This document shows positions 1 through 7,135 of a stretch of 12,904 nucleotides of DNA, in pieces (position 1 is the first letter of the stretch; the number at the start of each line of letters is the position of its first letter). A model generated the notes under the pieces. It had not been told where the DNA came from and searched no databases. It saw nothing but the letters and a program-made list of their open reading frames with translations. The position numbers were made by a program, and so were the translations under genes. The stretch is from contig JAGVWJ010000027.1 of NCBI GenBank assembly GCA_018304385.1, positions 1-12,904 of the forward strand, read 5' to 3'. Source of the DNA: Candidatus Micrarchaeota archaeon. GTDB lineage: Archaea; Micrarchaeota; Micrarchaeia; Anstonellales; Bilamarchaeaceae.

Positions 1-34
1 TGATGATTTAATTTTGAGGATCGGATTAGAGTAA

Positions 35-292
35 TTATTTATTACTCAAATCAGCAAAAACAGTTACCCATCCTCCATTAACATACTGCCATAGCTGGCG
101 CGCTTCAGAATCGTAAACTAAGCAGGTTTTAGGCACGGTTTCCTTTCGCATATCAATATAAATTAACGCGAATTTTTCCATCCATTTCAGTTCGCGTGTA
201 AAAGGATTTCTCTCAATAGCTGGCCTTCCTTTTTTTGTCCTTATATCTTCGCACCACGAAATTACTTTTTCAATTTCTTCTTTGGTTGGCAT
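35..292 (-). CDS. Small soluble hypothetical protein (85 aa)
   Basis: ATG start, protein-like composition (Trp/Tyr-containing beta-rich C-terminus), not overlapped by a longer ORF, AT-rich TATA-like tract about 26 nt upstream. No family recognised. Confidence 0.7.
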   Translation of the reverse strand: MPTKEEIEKVISWCEDIRTKKGRPAIERNPFTRELKWMEKFALIYIDMRKETVPKTCLVYDSEARQLWQYVNGGWVTVFADLSNK

Positions 293-324
293 GATTTAAA
301 ATAACAATGAATATTAATAATATT

Positions 325-822
325 ATGGCAAAAAAGACCATATATCCAAAACCTTTGGATTGGAATATCAACTATAGTGAAAGAGAAGAAGCAGTTTTGG
401 GTTTTTTACAGGTTTTAATTCCTCCTTTACGGGCAGCAGTATTATTTGATAAGCATATTCAGTTTTTTTTCTTTCTAATTTTTCGCATTAGCATTTTTGC
501 TATCATATTTTTTATCTTCAATGGTGTGTTCTTAGCTGATTTTAATAATCCTTATTTTTTAATTATTGGGGCTAGCACTGCAAGTCTTTTTGCATATATT
601 GTCTATCATATAACAAAAATACTTTCAAAATTTACTGGTTTTGCTTTTGCTATGGAGCTTGCTATTTACACATTTTTACCAACAATTTTTATGGGAATTA
701 TTTTTAGTGCACTAATGTTATTCGAGCTTCTTCTTGCCACCGTTGCATTTTATTTATATATATTAGATGTAATAATTTCATTTGTATCATTGGCATTAAA
801 GTCGGAATGGTTTAAGATTTGA
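325..822 (+). CDS. Hypothetical multi-pass membrane protein (paralogue 1)
   Basis: Several hydrophobic segments. Preferred start is ATG 325 (MAKK..., TTTAAAAT about 26 nt upstream) rather than 307. Shares LIPPL, F-x-x-PYFL and LDxIIS motifs with the next ORF. Confidence 0.8.
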   Translation: MAKKTIYPKPLDWNINYSEREEAVLGFLQVLIPPLRAAVLFDKHIQFFFFLIFRISIFAIIFFIFNGVFLADFNNPYFLIIGASTASLFAYIVYHITKILSKFTGFAFAMELAIYTFLPTIFMGIIFSALMLFELLLATVAFYLYILDVIISFVSLALKSEWFKI

Positions 823-827
823 TTATT

Positions 828-1289
828 ATGGCAAAGAATGAGGCTTACTTTGGGTTTTCACCGATATTATTTTTGCTAATTCCTCCACTAAAGTATGTTA
901 TTGTAGAACGAAAATTTAGAGATGTTGTAATATTTGCTGGATCTAGGTTTTTTATTTTCTTCGTTGTTTTCTTGGTTTTAAAGATCCCACTAAATATTAA
1001 TTTTTCTGAACCTTATTTTTTGTTGCTTCTTTCAACGTTTGCCACGTTTATTTTTCCTATAATCGGAAAATCCTTGTTAAAAACTAGAGATATTGTGAAA
1101 GCAGGAGAAAAAGCAGCTGCGCGTTTATTTCTATTTCTGGCATTTCTATTTTTACTCGTGCTAGCTACTATTGTTTTTACGGAAATGATTTTCATACTAA
1201 CTAATTTCCTACTTTTTGTTTTAGATATAATCATTTCTTATATATTTTCTCGCTTTATCTATAATCATGATTTTAAATATGCTCATTGA
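828..1289 (+). CDS. Hypothetical multi-pass membrane protein (paralogue 2)
   Basis: Hydrophobic segments. Likely ATG at 828 (MAKN...), 5 nt after the previous stop. Motifs LIPPLK, FSEPYFL and LDIIIS match paralogue 1. Confidence 0.8.
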   Translation: MAKNEAYFGFSPILFLLIPPLKYVIVERKFRDVVIFAGSRFFIFFVVFLVLKIPLNINFSEPYFLLLLSTFATFIFPIIGKSLLKTRDIVKAGEKAAARLFLFLAFLFLLVLATIVFTEMIFILTNFLLFVLDIIISYIFSRFIYNHDFKYAH

Positions 1290-1302
1290 ATTTGTGATTA
1301 TT

Positions 1303-2727
1303 ATGGAAACTGAATTTGAATCTGAGGCAATAAAGCTCGAACAAGAAGCCCAGCAAAAGGTTAGCAAGGCAATATCTGCAATAGAAGTTGCTATCTCCAA
1401 ATGGGATGCAGCAAAGAAAAAACCTCTCGTATTTTCAAAAAGAATCCAAAGACTAAAAACTTTTTATGAACATTTTTCTAGTTGGGAAAAAGAATCTTTA
1501 AAAGGTAGGAAAGATTTGGTAATGGTTCAAAAAGCATTGGAAAAGGCAGAGGACGAAGCGCAAAAGGTTTTAACACACGCTAAAGAAGTTTCGAGAATAC
1601 CAGTAGTGCAGCCAGTAGCAAAAGATATGGAACGTAATGTAACTATAGCTGAAAGATCAGTAAATCTAGGAAACTTGGCCAGAAAAATGGAACTTTTTCT
1701 AAGTAATCCAAGTTTAACTAAAATAATTTTTACTGAACAGGATTTTAATAATGAACTGGATTTAAGAGAGGTTAAAATGCGTGCAGCTGAAAGAAGATAT
1801 GGGGTCGATGCACCAATTCTTATAATTGCTAATGAAAAAGGGGCAAGGAAGCATGTCGAAGAATTGGAGACTAAGGCAGAAAAAAGAATTGCTGAGAAAA
1901 GCGAGAAAGAGGAAAAAGGATTTTTTGAAAAAATTGGCAGTTGGTTTAAAAAGGTAGACGATTTTTTAGCAAGCTCTCTTAATTTTTTAAAGTATCTTGA
2001 CCCAACGAGATATCTTAATTATATAAATCCACTTTATCATTCAAATGATGAGATGAATAAAGAAATTTCAACCAACTGGCTTACAAAAGATTATCTTGGA
2101 GAAGTTAGTGAGCGCTTTGCTAGGACACCACCTTATCTGAGTGTAGAAGATCGTAGCTTTTTTGATAAAGGGGATGATTCTTGGGGTAGAGATCGAAATT
2201 CAGTAGGCCTCTATTTTCACGATACTAATCATATTTTTATATCAGAAGAGGTTAGAATTGAAAATGATCGAAGAAAAACTATTACACACGAGCAGCTCCA
2301 TTATGCATCTTTTCTTGGCGGAGGGCACAGCATACGTTTTTTAGAAGAAGGAAGAGATAGTCCAAGAGAATTCGGGGATGTTAAATGGTTACACGAAGGC
2401 TTAACAGAGCTACATGCACAGCAACTAGTTAGAGCGCATGGCTATCCACCTGGTTACGTTTCTTATCCAGCAGAAACAACCACTGGTTTTTATATGCAGC
2501 AGCTTGTAGGTGAGGAAGCTCTTAGAAAAGCTTATTTAACCGGAGATTTTACAGAAGTGAGAGATATCATAAATAAAAAGCTTGGCGAAGGTACATTTGA
2601 AGCACTTTTAAAAATGGATAAAGGTGTTGAAGCTTTGAAATTTTTAGTTGAAAAGCTTAAAGCTATCGGTATTGATACCTCTGAATGGAATAAAAACGTG
2701 ATTGTTAGCAGGGCAGGGGCGATTTAG
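1303..2727 (+). CDS. Coiled-coil N-terminus plus C-terminal gluzincin-type zinc metallopeptidase domain
   Basis: HEQLH (HExxH) at 2287-2301 followed by WLHEGLTE at 2386-2409, which resembles the WLNEG third-ligand motif of M1/M4-like gluzincins. N-terminal half is E/K/A/Q-rich and helical. ATG 1303 is preceded by the SD-like GTGAT; the 1267 start overlaps the previous gene. Confidence 0.8.
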   Translation: METEFESEAIKLEQEAQQKVSKAISAIEVAISKWDAAKKKPLVFSKRIQRLKTFYEHFSSWEKESLKGRKDLVMVQKALEKAEDEAQKVLTHAKEVSRIPVVQPVAKDMERNVTIAERSVNLGNLARKMELFLSNPSLTKIIFTEQDFNNELDLREVKMRAAERRYGVDAPILIIANEKGARKHVEELETKAEKRIAEKSEKEEKGFFEKIGSWFKKVDDFLASSLNFLKYLDPTRYLNYINPLYHSNDEMNKEISTNWLTKDYLGEVSERFARTPPYLSVEDRSFFDKGDDSWGRDRNSVGLYFHDTNHIFISEEVRIENDRRKTITHEQLHYASFLGGGHSIRFLEEGRDSPREFGDVKWLHEGLTELHAQQLVRAHGYPPGYVSYPAETTTGFYMQQLVGEEALRKAYLTGDFTEVRDIINKKLGEGTFEALLKMDKGVEALKFLVEKLKAIGIDTSEWNKNVIVSRAGAI

Positions 2728-2735
2728 GTGATAAG

Positions 2736-2984
2736 ATGTCGTTAATTGAACTTATGAAAACAAAAGAATACAAAGATGCAGATAAGAAAGTAAAAGATTG
2801 GAAAGAAAGACTTAGCAAAGCAAATAACAGTGAAGTCATGAAAGTAAAAGACGAAAAGCTAGCTTTCTTTTCGGAAATGCGCAAATCTAACCAAGACTTA
2901 TATTCTATTTTTGAAATAAATGATAAAGAGTTAAGCGAGCTAATCTATGAAAAATTAACCGGAAAAAAAGTTATAATTGATTGA
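2736..2984 (+). CDS. Small charged helical hypothetical protein (82 aa), possibly a partner or inhibitor of the peptidase
   Basis: AGGTGAT archaeal SD directly after the peptidase stop, 8-nt gap. K/E-rich. Function is inference only. Confidence 0.75.
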   Translation: MSLIELMKTKEYKDADKKVKDWKERLSKANNSEVMKVKDEKLAFFSEMRKSNQDLYSIFEINDKELSELIYEKLTGKKVIID

Positions 2985-3007
2985 AGAAGACAGGTACTTA
3001 ATTGAAA

Positions 3008-4252
3008 TTACTCTATTCCTCTTACAATTATATTATCTCCAATACTAGAAACCGAGCTTATAGGTAATGCATATCTTTTCTCGAACATTGTTTGTACGAT
3101 TATTGTATTGTCACTGCCGCTTACTCCAATTATCTTTCCAATATAGCTACCATACTCGTTTATTACCTCTTTGCCATCGAGCCTCATATTAACTAATATA
3201 TTCGTTCTTAAGTCCTTGATTATTCTAGTGCTAATATATCCGACAAATATAGCTGCAATAAGTGTAAACAAAAATTCGCCGAAGCTAACATATGGTGGTT
3301 CTAGATTGGCAACCCATTTCGCGCCAACATAAACTACTAGTATACCAAGTGTTGCAGCAACCGCATATAATGAATATTTTGTAATTGTAAATTTTTTCTT
3401 TTCTGTTAGTGCATCAATGAACTTACCAGCTATTATTAACAAGGAACCAAAATAAACAAGCGTAACAGCATGCTTTACTATTATGTATGCAATAAGTTTT
3501 TCCCCACTTAAGCCTAGTTTTATTCCCTCAGAAAATAATTGATTGCCTATCAAAAGCCCAATTAAGGATAATGTAAATCCCACTATATAACTTATCCAAC
3601 TTACTGTAAAAATCGAGAATCTGAAGTCTCTCGCTATTCGAAGTACTAAATCCTCAACCCCCGCAACTTTTAATAGCAGATAAACTCCAATTAGTACGCC
3701 AACTGGTTCAATTCCATATCCAAGTATACGCGAAATAGAAACTAATATCAAAATAATAGCTGGAATGCCTAGCAATATTCTTGCATAGTGTGGATCCCTA
3801 AGTTTTTCTATTAATACAAAATATGTTTTTTCCAATTCCTTTGCCTGTTTTATAAAAACTATTTTTGTAGAATCGATCTTTATTCTGGATTTTACTATTG
3901 GCAATATTTCTTCATCTGCCATGCCGTCTGTTACAAGTATGGCAGATGTAGGATGAATTTCATTTATCACCCTATCAAGCTGCGTACTTATTGCTTTGTC
4001 TGCAGTATAGCCTAAATTTTTATGCCCTGTTAGCGTTATTATCTCCGCTGTTTTTCCCTCTTTTTTAAGTTGGTCATAAATTTTTACTGCGGAGAATATT
4101 GCATTGGAGTCAGGGTCTTCAGGGTCAGCAAGCGCAAGCTTTGTTGCTGCAGTTATGTTCTTTTCTCTACCAACTACCGGGGCAGTAACTCGCGCCTTTT
4201 CGTAAAGGTCATTGTCCCTGTCTATACATAATATTAGAATCGGCCTTTGCAT
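3008..4252 (-). CDS. DUF373 family membrane protein with a C-terminal PRC-barrel-like domain
   Basis: N-terminal LCIDRDNDL, ALADPEDPDSNAIF and VTDGMADE motifs are typical of archaeal DUF373, followed by multiple TM helices. The C-terminus LDGKEVINEYGSYIGKI...IPISSVSSIGDNIIV-type pattern (actual: LPISSVSSIGDNIIV) fits a PRC-barrel. Confidence 0.85.
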   Translation of the reverse strand: MQRPILILCIDRDNDLYEKARVTAPVVGREKNITAATKLALADPEDPDSNAIFSAVKIYDQLKKEGKTAEIITLTGHKNLGYTADKAISTQLDRVINEIHPTSAILVTDGMADEEILPIVKSRIKIDSTKIVFIKQAKELEKTYFVLIEKLRDPHYARILLGIPAIILILVSISRILGYGIEPVGVLIGVYLLLKVAGVEDLVLRIARDFRFSIFTVSWISYIVGFTLSLIGLLIGNQLFSEGIKLGLSGEKLIAYIIVKHAVTLVYFGSLLIIAGKFIDALTEKKKFTITKYSLYAVAATLGILVVYVGAKWVANLEPPYVSFGEFLFTLIAAIFVGYISTRIIKDLRTNILVNMRLDGKEVINEYGSYIGKIIGVSGSDNTIIVQTMFEKRYALPISSVSSIGDNIIVRGIE

Positions 4253-4273
4253 AAGATTATTAATATATCTGTG

Positions 4274-4281
4274 TATTAAAA
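4274..4281. promoter_or_regulatory. Candidate bidirectional TATA box for DUF373 (leaderless) and csl4
   Basis: TATTAAAA / TTTTAATA centred about 25 nt from the DUF373 ATG at 4252. It is the best TATA-like element upstream of csl4. Confidence 0.45.
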
Positions 4282-4295
4282 TATTTACTTATTTT

Positions 4296-4346
4296 GCTAT
4301 TGGCTATTAGCATGTGGCTAGTAGCTAAAAGCTATACAAGCTAATG
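4296..4346. repeat. Degenerate heptamer tandem array (GCTANNN)
   Basis: gctattg gctatta gcatgtg gctagta gctaaaa gctatac (4296-4337), then aa gctaatg. TGGCTATTAGC-atgtg-GCTAGTAGCTA can pair as an 11-bp stem with G-U pairs. Confidence 0.85.
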
Positions 4347-4351
4347 ATTTT

Positions 4352-4948
4352 ATGACTAACAAAAAGATTGTTTCCCCAGGTGAGCAGCTAGGAAGCTGTG
4401 AAGAGTTTATAGCTGGTAAAAATACATTTACCGATAAAGATGATATATACGCTGCAGCAGTTGGTGAACAGGAAAGCTTTGGTAGGATGATTCAGGTAAA
4501 TAACAAGAAAATGTTTGTCCTTATAACTGAAGGCATGGAAGTGTATTGTATCGTGAGAGAGCTAACTGGTACAAAGGCCTTTGTATCGTGCATCCCAATA
4601 CTAAAAGATAATGAACGATCCTTTCCTGACTTTGAGGCAGTATTGCCAGTGTCGAGTATTAGACATGGTTATGTTGAAAATATAAGGGACGAGGTTCGCA
4701 TAGGGGATATTCTGAAGGCAAAGGTAACGAAGATTGAAAGGCAGGACATAGACGTAAGCATTTCAGAGCAAGGTTATGGCGTCATTAAGGCGTTTTGCAG
4801 TCGTTGCAGAAACATTATGATTATAAATGGTAATAATCTAAATTGTAATAAATGTAATAGAATAGAGAATAGAAAACTACCTTATGGCTATAATAAACCT
4901 AAGGATCAAGGGGATCGATATGGAAGTAAATATTCTAAATTCAGATAA
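4352..4948 (+). CDS. csl4: Exosome complex RNA-binding protein Csl4
   Basis: N-terminal VSPGEQLG, S1 domain (RIGDILKAKV), C-terminal zinc ribbon CSRC...CNKC and ENRK. Lies directly upstream of rpoL, as is common in archaea. Confidence 0.93.
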   Translation: MTNKKIVSPGEQLGSCEEFIAGKNTFTDKDDIYAAAVGEQESFGRMIQVNNKKMFVLITEGMEVYCIVRELTGTKAFVSCIPILKDNERSFPDFEAVLPVSSIRHGYVENIRDEVRIGDILKAKVTKIERQDIDVSISEQGYGVIKAFCSRCRNIMIINGNNLNCNKCNRIENRKLPYGYNKPKDQGDRYGSKYSKFR

Positions 4949-5195
4949 AAAAACATTAGAACTTGAATTTGTTGGTGTTGATCATGTTATTCCACAGCTC
5001 TTAGCTGTTTCACTTAATAATGACAAGGATGTTGAATTTGCTGCTTACAAAATAGACCATGTTATTGATGCGAAACCAAGACTTTTCGTAAAAACAAAAA
5101 AAGGCGAGCCAGTCGATCTTGTTTTAGAGAAGCTGGAACAGCTTAAAGAGCAAACAGCAGATTTTCGCAAACAATTTAAAGAGGCAGTTAAATAA
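4920..5195 (+). CDS. rpoL: DNA-directed RNA polymerase subunit L (Rpo11)
   Basis: MEVNIL...LELEFVGVDH...DVEFAAYKIDH...PRLFVKT. About 91 aa from ATG 4920 with AGGGGAT SD. Adjacent to csl4. Confidence 0.9.
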   Translation: MEVNILNSDKKTLELEFVGVDHVIPQLLAVSLNNDKDVEFAAYKIDHVIDAKPRLFVKTKKGEPVDLVLEKLEQLKEQTADFRKQFKEAVK

Positions 5196-5230
5196 TTAGC
5201 TTTGGGCCTTGAGCCTTGGGCAGTGAGCCT
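5196..5230 (+). repeat. Degenerate heptamer tandem array (TKRGCNN)
   Basis: ttagctt tgggcct tgagcct tgggcag tgagcct fills the gap between the rpoL stop and ATG 5232. Confidence 0.85.
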
Positions 5231-5231
5231 C

Positions 5232-6224
5232 ATGCGGTCTAATAAAATTAATAGTATTCTTACTAAATGGTATTTTCAATTAGGAATATTATTGGTTACT
5301 CTTTTTCTGTTTCTTATTTTTCGTAACCCTATATTCGGCTTTTTGGTTGGGATTGAGCTTATCGTCATGGTAATTTTTGAAATAAAATATGGCGCAAAAA
5401 AACACGGGTGGAAGCACGAACTTTTAGATACAGTAATCGCATTATTTGTAGCTTTGTTTATTTGGTATCTTGCATCATTTCTGTTAAATACTGGTTCGCC
5501 TTTATCTGCTGTTGCATCTTGTAGCATGCTGTCGAATTTGCAGCGCGGCGATTTCGTTGTTGTCCAAGGCAGTAAGATTAATGCGCATGAGATATCTATG
5601 ACTGAGGCGGGGTTTGCTGCAATTAAAGATGATGCAATAATATTTTATGGAGATAAGCAACTAAGTACTGTTAAAGGTTCTATATATTCTTATTGTAATT
5701 CTTTTTCAGGAGATTCTGTCTGCAGAGAATTTATCAATGCCCCAGAACAGTTTATAGAAAAGAAAGGTCCATTAACGTTTCATTATTCTAGATGTGAATT
5801 AGCTACAGAAGCTGGATTAAAATATGTGCCGTGTGTTACCAGTGTAGATTATGCAGGAAAGGATTACAAACAGTCCTTTGATAATGATATTATAGTTTAT
5901 ACACCAACAAAAGGTGATATATTTTCTGTTATTGGTGATATTGTTCACCGCTCATATTTTAAAATAACAACGGATACTGGAAATGTTTATTATCTTTCTA
6001 AAGGAGATAACAATCCTGTTTTTGATATTCAGTTTTATGATTATAAGTATAATGCAGGTAATAGTCCTGTAAATAGTAATAATGTTAAAGGAAAGGTAGT
6101 TACTCGTATTCCCTATCTAGGTTATTTCAAACTTTTAATTACGCCAGCCATTGATCACAAAGGGCAGATAACCTCTTTAGGTGTGATGGATATTGAGCAG
6201 TGTAAAACTCAACTTAAGCCATAA
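5232..6224 (+). CDS. Signal peptidase I, archaeal Sec11/S26B type, with a large insertion
   Basis: Box B VASCSM (Ser at 5523), RGDFVVV, IVHR (His at 5946), SKGDNN..D and RIPYLGY. N-terminal TM helices. Start at ATG 5232 because the upstream TTG extension only translates the repeat array. Confidence 0.88.
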   Translation: MRSNKINSILTKWYFQLGILLVTLFLFLIFRNPIFGFLVGIELIVMVIFEIKYGAKKHGWKHELLDTVIALFVALFIWYLASFLLNTGSPLSAVASCSMLSNLQRGDFVVVQGSKINAHEISMTEAGFAAIKDDAIIFYGDKQLSTVKGSIYSYCNSFSGDSVCREFINAPEQFIEKKGPLTFHYSRCELATEAGLKYVPCVTSVDYAGKDYKQSFDNDIIVYTPTKGDIFSVIGDIVHRSYFKITTDTGNVYYLSKGDNNPVFDIQFYDYKYNAGNSPVNSNNVKGKVVTRIPYLGYFKLLITPAIDHKGQITSLGVMDIEQCKTQLKP

Positions 6225-6228
6225 ACTG

Positions 6229-6290
6229 TAGGCAATAGGTAATGAGTCTTGAGCAGTGAGCCATGAGCCCTGGGCAGTGGTATTGAGCAT
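6229..6290 (+). repeat. Degenerate heptamer tandem array (TRRGYNN)
   Basis: taggcaa taggtaa tgagtct tgagcag tgagcca tgagccc tgggcag tggtat tgagcat, immediately after the signal peptidase stop. Confidence 0.88.
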
Positions 6291-6334
6291 TTATTTATAT
6301 TCTTTTTCTTACATTAAAAATAACGAAGGTTATT

Positions 6335-7135
6335 ATGAAAAAACTTGCGCTAGCAGCTGCTCTTCGCCAACCAGTAAGAAGAAAATTAAATTTGCGCCAG
6401 AGCGATTTGGTTTCAATGTGGGATGATTTTATAGACTGGCCAGCAAGAAGAGCAGCTGAAAAAGGATTCTTTGAACGGGCTTTCGAAAAGCGTTGGATTA
6501 CTCGAGTTTTTGATGCATGTTGCGGTACTGGTTGTGATAGCATACATCTCATAAAGCAAGGTTTGCAAGTTACAAGTAATGAGGTAGATTCAGTCTTTAG
6601 AAAAAAAGCAAGGGAAAATGCAGAACGAAATGGCGTTAGACTTAAATTAACTGCGCATGATTGGAGGGATATCAAATTGGAAGATACAAGTTTTGATGCC
6701 GTCATATGTTTAGGTAATTCTTTATGCTACCTTTTTGGCCATGTTGACAGGATAAAAGCCTTAAGTGAATTTAGGAGACTTTTACGCACTCGTGGAATAT
6801 TAATAATTGATGAAAGAAATTTCCAAAGAATTTTTGATAATAAAGATACTATTCTAGCAGACCCAAGATCATATACTGTTACTCATGTTTATTGTGGCAA
6901 AGAGGTAATCGGTTATCCAACTGAAATAAAGAATGATCGCATTGTTATGGAATATTTAGATTTAAGAAACGGAAAAACCGCGCATTTAGTTCTTTATCCA
7001 TTTAAGCAAGGAGAACTAAGACAACTTCTCATTGATGCTGGTTTTAGACCTGAACGGATTTCTACATTTAGTGATTACGAGCAAGGGGTTAATCCGAATG
7101 CTGATTTTTATCAATATGTTTGTGTTAAGTCTTAA
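6335..7135 (+). CDS. Class I SAM-dependent methyltransferase, glycine/sarcosine N-methyltransferase-like
   Basis: WDDFIDWPARRAAEKGFF, motif I FDACCGTG, DWRD, FDAVICLGNS, LIIDERNF, YCG..V..YP, L.LYPF and C-terminal DFYQYV.VK all parallel the GSMT family. Confidence 0.85.
   Translation: MKKLALAAALRQPVRRKLNLRQSDLVSMWDDFIDWPARRAAEKGFFERAFEKRWITRVFDACCGTGCDSIHLIKQGLQVTSNEVDSVFRKKARENAERNGVRLKLTAHDWRDIKLEDTSFDAVICLGNSLCYLFGHVDRIKALSEFRRLLRTRGILIIDERNFQRIFDNKDTILADPRSYTVTHVYCGKEVIGYPTEIKNDRIVMEYLDLRNGKTAHLVLYPFKQGELRQLLIDAGFRPERISTFSDYEQGVNPNADFYQYVCVKS

Noticed and set aside
1013-1234. 73-aa minus-strand ORF
   Set aside because: Antisense shadow of the hydrophobic membrane-protein gene.
5202-5231. 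TTG-initiated N-terminal extension (MGLEPWAVSL) of the signal peptidase
   Set aside because: It only translates the heptamer array. ATG 5232 gives a normal basic N-terminus.
5045-5527. Minus-strand ORFs 5045-5233 and 5276-5527
   Set aside because: Antisense to rpoL and the signal peptidase, with no recognisable motifs.
5196-6290. CRISPR array interpretation of the repeats
   Set aside because: Units are 7 nt and abutting, with no 25-45 nt unique spacers and no cas genes.
6295-6705. 136-aa minus-strand ORF
   Set aside because: Antisense to the well-supported methyltransferase.
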